Below the pieces are notes generated by a model that saw only the letters and a program-made list of their open reading frames with translations, did no database searches and was not told the DNA's origin. A stretch of 60,724 nucleotides of DNA, filler included, from Ionaspis alba (lineage: Eukaryota), in assembly GCA_964255285.1 (NCBI GenBank). It is 6 parts of 6 records of this genome, joined end to end, with 100 filler letters (N's around TTAATTAATTAA, not from the genome) between each part and the next. Parts side by side here need not be neighbours in the genome. Positions count along the whole stretch, not along the records: positions 40,617 to 50,631 come from CAXUUL010000633.1; positions 50,732 to 60,724 come from CAXUUL010000635.1; 4 more parts are not named here. The stretch is one strand, 5' to 3'. Positions 40,617 through 52,200 of this stretch are shown piece by piece. A program made the translations under genes and the position numbers. The stretch's first letter is position 1. Each line of letters starts with the position of its first letter.

Positions 40617-41372
40617 CCTGGCTGTATCTTGAGTGCGAGTCCGTGGGGAGCCAATACACGTTCGCAATCTTCATAGAATAAGCGCCAGTTATAACAACAG
40701 CCTTCTTGCACGAACACTACCGCAGTCGCTTACAGATCGCACGGACGATGGGAAAGACAGCACATACAAAGCGCAAGAGGAAAGACACGTCCCTCCGTAG
40801 ATAAGACGAGCAGGAGCAACCGTAATCAAGTCTGCAGAACCGCTTGTACGAGACGAGAAGGTCGTTCAAAAAAATACATCAAAGATCTGGTTTTATAACA
40901 TAGGATTCGGGCGCCGTGTTGCCGTGCTGGTGTAGACAACAACACTGACAAGGCTCCTGGCTTCATTTGAATAGAAAGGTTCTATACGTTTGAAGAATGG
41001 GGGGGGGGGAAAGAAAAACGTACTGTACATAATTGAAGACGTTGAGAGGCAGTGCAAAGCCCGAAGAAGGCGTGGACGACACTGGCTGATGTTAGACTCA
41101 GTTCTCGGCACAGTAGGCTTCACAAAGATGCTGTCGTCAGAAACATGTCATGTACTCTAGTTGGACATGATATGAGAGCTACGAATCTGCGCTTTACCGA
41201 TGACTGACGTCGTGTAAAGACTAACAAGCCTTTATTATGGGTTGGCAGAAACCTCAGCCCAAAAGACGCTCGAGAGCAGCATTTCTAAGATGCTGAAAAC
41301 AGCCGCAGGATTCTCGCTGCTAAGGTCGGGCAGCCGCCTTAGAACGGACAATCGTCTTCGTCAGACACCGTA

Positions 41373-42819
41373 TCATCCTCTTTTCTTCTTGCTTTTGTTC
41401 TCTTCCTTTTGTTCTCTTCCTCTTCTTCTCCTACTCTTCTTCTCTTCCCCTGCTGCTCCTCCTCCTCCTCTTCTCTTCCTCTCCTTCTGTTCCTCTTCTT
41501 CCCTTTCTATTCTCTTTCTCTCTGCTCTCCCTTCTCGTCTCTGGCTGCGAGTCCTCGAGGAGGCCGATGGTGGAGGCGTTGGATTGGGGATCTTTGCCTT
41601 CAGTTCCTCCAAAGCGTCATCCCAGCGGTTGCTAGCAGTTTCTGAAATAGCGTCGATTAATCTCCTCTTGATTTCATCTCGAGGAATCTCGAGAACACAA
41701 GATGTCTCGGGAGGCGAGATAAGATAAGGTGCGAAATCGATGCGCAATTTGTCGGGAGCATAGTCGCCGAAAATTTGCTGATTATGTTAGAACGATTCGG
41801 CTTTTAAATGAGTGCAACATACCATTCTCCTGCCATATCTTTGGGCCTGTCCATCCTTTCCTATCTTCCAGACCTCTATCCAGGCGTCAAAAGGATTGAT
41901 CACCGGATAACCCTTATATGTCACACCATTTGTAGGGCTCGATTTATTTACGGTGAACATGTCTGCGGTCGTGTTGCATTTTTCGAAAAGAGTATTATAC
42001 TCAAATTCTTTGTCTTCGTCGTCCACGTATTGGAAAGGAGTTTTATATGAAACTATCTCTTTCACACCGACCTTGATGACGATCTTGATTCGTCCTTGAG
42101 AATTCTGCAAATAATCGACTGTTGCTTCGCCAAGGCTTTGCAGTGATTGAGCAAAGGCCGATTCTACCACCAGAAAAGGCTCGTCTATTCCCTTGGCATT
42201 CTTCGTCGTAATTGTAAGATCTGGAGTCCTTTTGTGGCGCTCGAGGTCCGTATTGAATAGGTTCCTTATTCGGTGGTTCAGTTTTACTTCGATATCATGG
42301 GAAAGAGGGTTGTCTAAGGCCAATTTCATGATATATCTGTTGAGTGTATCCGGGACGGAGTTGTGGACGACATGAGCCATGACCTGGATAGACAACTGCT
42401 GTAGTTGAGAACAATAGTAGAAGCGTGGATAGCTATAACATCAGATAATCAGACTCGCATGCCAAAATCAATTAGCTAGAAATCTCTTACCGTTTGTCTC
42501 GACCATCTATATCTAACACTTTGCAAAGTCCGGCGAATTGATCTGAGGGGACATTATTTCGATAAATAACTTCGGGCTGACCTTCAGGTGCGGAAATAAT
42601 GGCCTTGACCCAGTCAACCAGATCTTCCAAGGATGCTGTTAGACTGTGCCTTTCGTTGGTTGGTAGGTCTGGAAGTGAAGTCTGAACAATATTGGATGCT
42701 AGGCCGATGCCGCGGCCAACTTTTCCCGATACATAATGGCCTTTCGACCGTACAGAGCTCATGCTGGATTCTGAGCTCTCACTGCGGCCCTCAGACCACC
42801 TAGGGCGGGGGTTCGACAT
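41373..42819 (-). CDS. Putative Uma2-like PD-(D/E)xK restriction-endonuclease-fold protein
   Basis: RFYY..LSIQVMAHVVH, RTPDLTI, PFLVVESAFAQSLQSL..YLQNSQGRIKIVIKV and WIEVW. Introns 42490-42433 and 41822-41778 join three ORFs in frame; charged C-terminal tail. Confidence 0.65.
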
Positions 42820-43004
42820 CGTGTTATGTTGTTTGACTGAGGTGACGGTTTGTCTACCAAACGATGTTGACGATATTTTCCAGAACCTGGTCCGAGCTTT
42901 TTTTACCCAAAATTTGACTATTCTCTGCAGACGAGCCGGCCCATTGTGACCTTCTTACTCAACCTGTATGCATCTATTCTGGAGACGGAGGGATCTCACA
43001 TTTC

Positions 43005-43440
43005 TTAACAGCAATTTGTCCTATTCCGAATACGTCTTTCAGCTGGAGACGGGATCATATCAAGCAAATCAACACCACGAGCAGCATAGGGGTAAGGAAG
43101 ACTCGGTTCGCAGTCTGGGTTGTCGTGTACTTAGGTAAATATAATCAGTGCCAAATACTGTCATGGCTTACTCTCCAAGGGAAGACAACGACTGCCTCAA
43201 GCCTAGACTGAAAGTCCATCCTCCGATTGCCCACCATAGGACTTCTTGCCTCAATAAGTTCCGATATCCTCGTCTTTCTCCTCATCAAGACGGATCTCAT
43301 GCACGTAATTAAAAATGGGCTGGATCAGTGTCATAAACGCTGGCACATCATACGACACGAATATACGTTCTGGCGAAATTCAGCGCATCCTGATGATTGT
43401 TTCATGGAGCCGTGCAGAGAATGACGCAGAGCCGTCAGCC
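43005..43440 (-). pseudogene. Possible decayed two-exon gene remnant
   Basis: Protein-like frame with four in-frame stops (IIRMR*ISPERIFVSYDVPAFMTLIQPIFNYVHEIRLDEEKDEDIGTY*..) and a GTAAGC..CTGAT..AAG intron-like segment. Confidence 0.25.
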
Positions 43441-44030
43441 GCGCGGCTATAATATAGGGGTGCTTGCAGGTCCCCACATTATCACCTTTCAGTTTCGCCC
43501 GTTATGACTCGTTCCATGTCTACTTTTGCTTTTTGACCACCGTCTGCTCGTCACGTATCTACGATTTTACCACTCACTTCACTTCCAATCCCTTTCCGCC
43601 CATTCAACTTGGCAATGCAAACTCGTCAATCCACGAAATATGACGGGCGCCAAGGATGGTTCGGGATGGAAAAGAATTGGAGATAGAAGACCCACCATAA
43701 TGTGAGGGATATTTGGTGGGTTAACGTTTTGCCATAGTAACTCGGGAGCTAACCTTCCTTATTTGACGCCCGGATACCTTATGCATGTTTGGCAAAAAGA
43801 TACACCGAAATTGAAATCGCTTATATTTATGCCAAGGGATGAATAATCTGCATTTCGCGACTCTAAATATCGCTCCCCCACCCTGTCGATTGGAGGGGCT
43901 ACCCCCACCACTCCCGACCATCAGAGCTTCACGTTTGCATTTTTCACCTCACCATTACAACAACCCATCTACCAAACCAATTCCGCTATTCAGATAAACT
44001 CCAGTTTCTTACACCAGCCTCAATCGCAAA

Positions 44031-46406
44031 ATGGGGTATACTAAGGATGACGAGCTTGCGATCAATACTATCCGGCTCCTTGCGGTAGGCCCAACGTCTT
44101 TTTTGGGAACTCTAGCAGAAGAAATGGCTTCCCAAGATGGCCTTCAATGCGCAATTTCTGATGCTTGGATAGGTCGATGCAACAATCAAAGCCAACTCTG
44201 GGCATCCAGGTGCTCCCATGGGCATGGCACCTGTTGCCCATGTCATGTTCAACAAATTCATGACGTTCAATCCCAGCAACCCGGACTGGCTCAATCGGGA
44301 TCGATTCGTTCTCTCGTGAGTATATCTCTAGCACTTCGCTTAGCGATGGTGAGGATAAGATTTCTGATGGACGATTGGCAATAGGAATGGCCATGGATGC
44401 ATGTTGCAATATGCCTTGCTGCACCTCTTTGGTTACAAAGTCTCACTGGATGACCTTAAGGCCTTTCGCGTGAGCAGAGACGCTGTCGGTTTCCTTTTCG
44501 CGTCGTTGCTGACGACTTTTTAATGATAGACGGTAGACAGCATCACACCAGGCCACCCCGAAGCTCAAGATACCCCTGGTATTGAGGTGACTACGGGGCC
44601 CCTTGGTCAGGGTTTTGCGAATGCTGTTGGTTTGGCCATCGCTCAAGCACATATGGCCGCTACGTTCAACAAGCCCGGCTTCGATTTGATCAACAACCAT
44701 ACCTACTGCTTCTTTGGAGATGGCTGTGCCATGGAAGGCATTGCTAGCGAGGCTGCAAGTACTGCTGGTCACTTGCAGCTTGGAAACCTCATCATGGTCT
44801 ACGATGACAACCACATTTCGATTGGTGAGAGAACTGTTGCTTAACGTATAGCGAATCATTAGCTCACAATTCTCAGACGGCGATACAAAGTGTGCCTTCA
44901 CGGAAGATGTGATGAAGCGGTTCGAAGCATACGGCTGGCATACGCAATGGGTGAAAGAAGGCGACAGTGATCTCGAAGGGATCGAACAAGCTCTGGCCAA
45001 GGCCAAAGAGGTGAAAGATAAACCATCTGTCATCAAGCTCACAACGACGATTGGTTTCGGATCCAAGCTACAGGGCACAGGCGGTGTCCACGGAAACCCA
45101 CTGAAACTCGATGATGCCAAGGAAGTCAAGAAGAAGTTTGGTTTCGATCCCGAACAGTCCTTCGTGGTACCACAAAAGGTCTACGATATGTATCATGCCC
45201 ATGCTGCCGAGGGAGCAGCGAAGGAGCAAGAGTGGAACAAGATGTTCGAAGAATATGGCAAGGAGCACAAGGCCGAGCGTGAAGATCTACTCCGAAGACT
45301 GAGCGGCAAGCTGCCGGAAGGTTGGCAGAAGTGCTTGCCAACGTATAAGCCCGGTGATTCTGCCGTGGCTTCTCGCAAGCTCTCCGAGGCCGTCCTCGAG
45401 GCTATCCATGAGGCAATCCCGGACCTAGTGGGAGGGTCTGCTGATCTGACCGGATCGAACAACACTCGATGGAAGAATGCTGTAGACTTCCAGCCACCCA
45501 ATTTGGGGATTGGCGATTACGCAGGTCGCTACATTCGCTATGGAGTCCGCGAGCATGCTATGGCTGGCATCATGAACGGTCTCGCTGCGTATGGTACCAT
45601 CATTCCGTTCGGAGGCACGTTCCTCAATTTTGTTTCATACGCTTCTGGTTCCGTGCGCTTGTCTGCTCTTTCGCATTGTCGGGTCATCTATGTCGCTACT
45701 CATGATTCTATTGGTCTGGGTGAAGACGGTCCAACGCATCAACCTATCGAGACACTAGCTCATTTTCGTGCTCTGCCGAACATGATGGTCTGGCGTCCGG
45801 CTGATGGTAACGAGACAAGTGCAGCATATTATATTGCCTTGACCTCGAAATCGACTCCTAGCATTCTAGCCCTGACGCGACAGAATCTTCCTCAGCTCGA
45901 GAACTCGACTCTTGAAAATGCTATCAAGGGAGGATACGTCTCGGTTGAGGCTGAGAACGCTGATATCACCCTCGTGAGTACGGGGTCGGAGGTCAGCATC
46001 TGCATCGACGCTGCGAAATACCTTAAAAAGAACAACAACCTTACAGCACGTGTCGTATCGATGCCGTGTTTCGAAGTCTTCGACACACAGAGCAAGGAGT
46101 ATCGTCTGAAGGTCATTCCTGATGGAATCCCCGCAATGAGCGTCGAGGTCATGTCGACGCTAGGCTGGGAGCGATATACCCACGAGCAGTTTGGATTGAA
46201 CAGATTTGGTGCCAGTGGAGCTTACAAGGATGTATACAAGGTAAGGCAACATTCGAGGTGTTTGATGGAGCAGTGACTAACACTGCATGCAGAAATTCGA
46301 ATTCACGCCCGAAGGTATCAGCAAACGAGCTGTGGCCACCGTCGACTTCTACAAGGGAGCAAAAGTCCGCTCTCCGATCAACAGAGCCTTCCAGCAGCTG
46401 ATTTAG
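44031..46406 (+). CDS. TKL1: Transketolase
   Basis: [46 protein letters not shown] and [16 protein letters not shown]. Introns 44085-44172, 44316-44384, 44470-44529, 44825-44876 and 46241-46292. Confidence 0.97.
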
Positions 46407-46563
46407 AAAGAACGATGTGGATATGAATGCTGGGTGAGGCTTGTCAGCCGTTTTCGACGAAAAGAAGTGATAGCAATTGTATGGATGACTGTGGTTTTCA
46501 GACATAGAGTGCACGAAGATGAATTCTAAGGATTTAGAGCAGTCCCGTTGTCGCATGCATCTC

Positions 46564-47247
46564 TCACTGTGATGTGTACCCTACCTTCTTCCCATTCATC
46601 TCTCCGACATCTAGAGCAACCAAGAACCTACTCACACAGTTGTAGCCTGCCACTGTGGCAGTAATCTCCACTATCTCCCGGGGCGTAAACAACCTTTGCA
46701 GCCTCTGAAACAACTCATCATCCACTTTGATTTGCCGGGTCATCTGATCCGTGTAAGCAAGCACCGCGTACTGCTTCTCATTCAAACCCGCTCCGCTCTC
46801 CTCCCGAACAGATACCGCATCTTCTTCTGCACCATCTTCCAGCACTTCCTCTATTCCCGCCGTGGTTCCTTCTCCCACTCCTACACTAGTAACATTCGCA
46901 ACCCTCCGCATTCCCTCATCCCCAATCTCCCCTTCACCCTGGGCAAGTGGTGCATGCTGCTCCCATTCGTAGGCTGCGCCATTCAGCGCCGCTACTCGAC
47001 ATATGGCCAGCTCGCGGATCGAAGCAGGAAGTGATGTTCCTGTGCGGAGGGCACCGAGGAAGCTGTTCCACCCGTCCGCTAGGGGGGGTGCGTGGAGCAG
47101 GGATAGGTCTAGTGAGAGAAGGGGGTAAGGGTATCGGCGAGCTTGGAGGCGGGCGATGATTCCTGCTGTTGTGGAATAGGGAGAGGCAACAGTGGGAGCG
47201 GGAGGGTTTGTTAGGGGTAGGGGAGTGGTGATGTAGGGGAGGCGCAT
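46564..47247 (-). CDS. Carboxymuconolactone decarboxylase / AhpD-like protein
   Basis: MRLPY.., LDLSLLHAPPLADGWNSFLGA, IRELAICRVAALNGAAYEWEQH and VEITATVAGYNCVSRFLVALDVGE. Confidence 0.85.
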   Translation of the reverse strand: MRLPYITTPLPLTNPPAPTVASPYSTTAGIIARLQARRYPYPLLSLDLSLLHAPPLADGWNSFLGALRTGTSLPASIRELAICRVAALNGAAYEWEQHAPLAQGEGEIGDEGMRRVANVTSVGVGEGTTAGIEEVLEDGAEEDAVSVREESGAGLNEKQYAVLAYTDQMTRQIKVDDELFQRLQRLFTPREIVEITATVAGYNCVSRFLVALDVGEMNGKKVGYTSQ

Positions 47248-48507
47248 GGTGGTTCGGGTTGAGGCTCTGCGACTTGTAGGGTTGATGCGGTTGGATCTGG
47301 AAGGAGAGCGGCATGAGGGTTGGGGTGACTTGGCATGGCTCAAAAGTTGAGTGAGAACAAGCAAAATGTACGTCGGGGCGCCACCCTTGTTGTGGAAATC
47401 ATTAGGAATAGTATCCCTTAGGATCTGAAGTTCATGTCATGACCTTTTAGTGTGTTGATACTGTTATTCTTGAGAATTCTTTGCGCCGCAACCGGCGGGC
47501 TATTTCGGGAAGTGCTACCTACCCACGATTGTTATTTCTGAAACGTACATGCTTTTTTTGTTGGTGCCTGTACCGGCTATTTGCCGATTGCATGCATGCC
47601 ACCTTCCGGTGACTGCGCGCGACAAACATAATGGCCCTCGAGTCCTTTGCAATAATTATGCCAATTATCTTTGCGTTCAGCTTCTCGCGACTCCATGATA
47701 ATCCGAATCGCGAAGTTTCTAGTGCGCACATTTCATCCCGCTGACCAACATGCTTAGGCGCCCTCCCCGGAAAAAATCGTGATCCTCGAATGCTCGTGGT
47801 GTGTCCCGGCACAGCCACTCCTCTCTTCAACGTCCACGCCTCCTGGAGAAGCAAAGAGACAACTGTGCTGGACTCAATACGCAGTGCATGCAGCAGGGCC
47901 ACGTGTAGGTGTCCTCGTTATTACATGCATCCTCAAGAATGGCTGCACGGAGCAGGAGTGCTCCGTGAATCTAATCTTGGCTTGATTGGTGACTACAGAA
48001 AGAGCACAGCAGTGCAACCTGCTTTTCTTCGCTCGATTTGTACCTTATCATGAGACCACCAGTGACGCAAAGCGACATGCATTTGATATCAAACCTAAAT
48101 ATGGAGGCTGTGGCTGTTGTATGGGCCTGACGTTGGTATTGGTCTTTGCATAGTTTTGTCGTCGTCGAAGGATGATTACCCGTTCTCCCAGTCCAACAAT
48201 GACGACAGGAAGGAGTGATAGAAGCAGATGTGTCTAATACTGCGTACATGTTGCAGCAAGAATAGTCCGAGGTCCCCGCAATTCACTGGTACTATATAGG
48301 GCACAGTGAATTGGTCTTTCTCGATCGCCTGATCTCATAATGACTCGAGTTGAGATCTATATAACGCAGATTTCCCTTGTTCTGAGCTTTCTTCATTGAG
48401 AAGACTGCCACTCTTTTCTTCGTTTGCTCCCGCTCCCCTCTCTGTTCCTCCATCTGGGCCAGTACTTCTAGTACAATCGACTTTCCTAGCATCAAATCGA
48501 GGATCTA

Positions 48508-50290
48508 ATGGATCTTATTCGTGAAGCGCCCATCGGGCAATTGCTCCGCTACATTACTGGGGATCGTGTGTTACTCTATCCAGAAGAGAAGTCGGACTTC
48601 ATACTCCCGGATAGGTACCGCTTGGCATTGGGAGAGAAAGCCTTGAGTATACCGTCAACGACCAGCACATTTTCGTCCCCTTCGACGTCTTCGTTTGGCA
48701 GAGACGAGCGTACTCTTGCTGATACCGAAATTGGTTCTGGGGACTTGCACTCACAAATCGTTGCACCTCATGCTATCAATGATGGAGCAATCCTTGTTGA
48801 CTGGTACAGCACGAATGACCCGGCCAATCCACAGAATTGGTCGAACTCAAAACGATCAGTTGTTGCAAGCATCATATGTCTCTACACCTTTGTAGTCTAC
48901 ACTGGCTCGGCTATCTATACTTCCAGCGAGCCCGGCGTCATGGCAGCCTTTGGTGTCTCTGCTCAACAGGCGGCTCTCCCACTATCGCTGTACGTCCTAG
49001 CATACGGAATTGGACCCCTCCTATTTGCTCCGCTTAGTGAGATACCCTCAATCGGCCGTAATCCGGTGTATGCTGTGACGTTTGTCCTGTTCGTCGTACT
49101 GTGTCTTCCCACCGCATTGGTCAACAGCTTCGGAGGGCTTCTCGTGTTACGATTCCTTCAAGGCTTTTTTGGAAGCCCATGCCTCGCCAATGGAGGTGCT
49201 TCGATGCAAGATCTATACTCCGAACTCAACATTCCCTTTGCGATGACTGTATGGGTATCAGCTGCTTATGGAGGACCTGCGCTTGGCCCCTTGTTGTCTG
49301 GTTTTGCTGTTACTGCCAAAGGCTGGCGGTGGTCGTTGTGGGAGATCTTATGGGTGAGGCAGCCCTGATTCGTATCCGCATATGGGGGCTAACTTTGCGA
49401 TATAGCTAGCAGCACCCATTTGCGTATTCTTGATGCTGTTCCTCGCCGAGACTCATGCACCTACCATCCTTCTGCGCCGTGCTCAGCGTCTGCGCAAAAT
49501 TACTGGATCGCATCGCCTTAGATCACAGAGCGAGATTGATCAAGCTCATCTCACGCCTCGTGCTGTTGCTTTCGATGCCCTGATCAAGCCCGTCGAGATC
49601 TCTCTCAAAGATCCAGCTGTGGGCTTCACGAAGTTAGTCACATTCTTAGGCTCGTCTGCATTCATGCTAAGTCAGTACAGTGCGTACACTAGCCTTGTTT
49701 ATGGAATATATTATTCCTTCTTCGAAGTATTTCCCATGGTGTATCCCCCAATGTACGGTTTCAACCTTGGAGAGCTAGGTCTGGTCTTTATCTGTATCAT
49801 CGTGGCATGCTTCATTGGAGCGATCGTCTACGCATCTTATGTTTATCTCCGACTCAATCCAGACATCAGGAAGAATGGTGCCAAGCCTCATGAGTATCGT
49901 CTTCGGCCGGCTTTATTGGCCACATTTGGCCCGCCCATTGGGCTGTTTCTTTTCGGGTGGACAGCGACGCCGAAGGTTCATTGGATCGTGTCCGTCATTG
50001 GCGTCGTCATCTACTCGATAGGGGTCTTCACCATTTTGCAATGTCTCTCTATCTACATCCCGCGCAGCTACCCCGAGTACGCAGCGTCACTGTTCGCGGC
50101 CAACGACTTCTGCCGATCTGCCCTCGCAGCTGGGGCCATTCACTTCGCTTCTCCACTCTATATCAACCTGGGTGTGGGAAAAGGTGTTTCGGTGCTTGCA
50201 GGTCTAAGTACTCTAGGCATTGCTGGCATGTTCTTTATCTATATCTGGGGCGCAAAGTTGAGGGCAAGGTCTAAGTTTGCCGTGTCCTAG
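48508..50290 (+). CDS. DHA1-family MFS drug:H+ antiporter (Caf5/FLR1-like)
   Basis: MDLIREAPIGQ, LVDWYSTNDPANPQNWS, LSEIPSIGRNPVY, LRFLQGFFGSP and YAASLFAANDFCRS. Introns 49354-49405 and 49633-49680. Confidence 0.92.
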
Positions 50291-50631
50291 AATCAGGGCG
50301 TATTCTTGTGCGAGGACATTATGAGTCTTATGATCTACGACTACCTTGAATTGCTATTAGATATTAGTGCCAGAGTATAACCCGTAACAGAAGTATAAAG
50401 GGCAAAGGAAGCGAGGGATGCTGGTTGCTTACTGATCGGTCCATCCTCACAATCTCTTTCTCCAGAGCCTCCATAGACGAAGAATATATATTACTGTAAA
50501 CAAAGCTTACCTGCTGGCCCCTTCATGGCTGGTGTACAAAATTGCTCTGCACATGTCTGTCCTCCCTGAATTCCTCTGCAGCTTGCCCTAATTCTTGTCT
50601 CGGTAAAGTCCCCGGGCCGGAGCAAGCCGTA

Positions 50632-50731
50632 NNNNNNNNNNNNNNNNNNNNNNNNNNNNNNNNNNNNNNNNNNNNTTAATTAATTAANNNNNNNNNNNNN
50701 NNNNNNNNNNNNNNNNNNNNNNNNNNNNNNN
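50632..50731. other. Artificial scaffold linker
   Basis: N44-TTAATTAATTAA-N44. Confidence 0.97.
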
Positions 50732-50863
50732 CGTCTGACATTTCCACCATGTACTTTTCATATTGCCGTTGAATTGCTGACAATCACTCAATCCACCGCT
50801 TACACTTAGCATCATATCAGCGACTGGTAGCTCCTTCCCTCCCATGGCCGCCTCGTCAGCATG

Positions 50864-51685
50864 ATGACCACGGACGTTCTCGACCCTAACTTCAGCTTCG
50901 ACAATTGGCGTCACGAATTTCAAGAGCTCAGTCCCCCTCACACCCCTCTCGAGGACCGAAAGCCAACGACCCGACTCTATCATCATGCTCTATCCGAGTC
51001 CCCCACTTCCACCAGGTCCTCACTCCTCAACTTCCGCCCCTCCTCAGATGGCGTCCGCGTTTGGCCCATCAGACCAGTCTTCCCCCTCATGCGACTCCCG
51101 TCCGAAATCCGCCTCCAGATCTATGCCCATGTCCTCTTAGAACCCCGCTCGAGTAACCTATTCAAATGGTGGGGCACCATCTCCAGTAGACCCAACTACG
51201 AATTTCCCAAAGTACACTACCAATGTCCCGCGCTCCTGCTCGTCAGTCGGCAGATAAGCAATGAAGCAGCACCGGTTTACTACGAGAACCATCCATTCCA
51301 CTTCACGGACATGAAAGCTCTGTCACGGTTTCTGAAGGAGCGGCCGGCTAATCAGCTCGCTTTTATACGACGCGTGACGGTGTGTCCGCATCCGATGCTC
51401 GCCCTTAAGACATATGACTACGAAGATGATGTCAGAACGTGGGAGATGCTGCTAGAGAGGTGTGTGCAGCTCAAGGAGCTGTGGTTCGAGGTCATGCTCA
51501 GCTCGAGAGTGTTCAGGAACGGCGTGGCGGGCATGGAAGTGCTGAGTCAGTTGAGGGGAATGAGAGATGGTGGGATGCAGCAGACGTTGAGAGAGAATAG
51601 TGTGGAGGTGGAGTTTGAATGGATGAAGACGCTAAGGGAGCTGTGGAGGATGCCGAAGCGGGACGAAGGGCAGTCTGGTAGCTGA
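50864..51685 (+). CDS. Fungal F-box-like protein
   Basis: FPLMRLPSEIRLQIYAHVL ... ALLLVSRQISNEAAPVYYENHPFHF..ALSRFL..IRRVTV, the pattern of Pezizomycotina F-box-like families. Confidence 0.75.
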   Translation: MTTDVLDPNFSFDNWRHEFQELSPPHTPLEDRKPTTRLYHHALSESPTSTRSSLLNFRPSSDGVRVWPIRPVFPLMRLPSEIRLQIYAHVLLEPRSSNLFKWWGTISSRPNYEFPKVHYQCPALLLVSRQISNEAAPVYYENHPFHFTDMKALSRFLKERPANQLAFIRRVTVCPHPMLALKTYDYEDDVRTWEMLLERCVQLKELWFEVMLSSRVFRNGVAGMEVLSQLRGMRDGGMQQTLRENSVEVEFEWMKTLRELWRMPKRDEGQSGS

Positions 51686-52200
51686 ATGCTTTGGCGTCGT
51701 TGACATTGCACCGGAAGGGGCGAAATATGGATGGTGAGGGGTTGCTCATAGCCCGAGAATCGAATGGCTGGATGACAATGGGAGATCCACGAGTATCTTT
51801 TTTTCACCTTGATACCCCCATCTTTCGGATCTATCGACCAGGGTCGAGAACCCATGTGCTTTTGTTTGAGAGAATTCCCAGCTTGTTTCTTGGACCTGTT
51901 GTCACATAACAACAAGGCCTCCTGGGGCAGTCTCAATTTATGCCCCGACCACATCTGCCGTTGGTGCCAACCATTCGAGACCAGGTACAGGAGGCCATGT
52001 TCGTGTCAAAACCGGGGATATAACTGTGAAATTTTCTTCCTGCTGCTGAATGGGACGTTATATGGTGTTTGTCTATCTCGAATGCTGTATTGAATTGTAT
52101 AGCAGACCAGTGACTTCAAATCCATTATCATGTCCGATTTCAGTTTCGCCAGCAAGAATCTTGGGCCAAGTCAAGGACTAGCATCATCCTTTGCCCATCT

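Noticed and set aside
41242..41727. Hydrophobic plus-strand ORFs (poly-L/F/S)
   Set aside because: Antisense shadows of the GA-rich charged tail of the nuclease-like gene.
46241..46292. TGA-CTA readthrough motif at the end of the transketolase ORF
   Set aside because: It is the TGACTAAC branch site inside the last intron; the continued frame gives no PTS1 or transmembrane segment.
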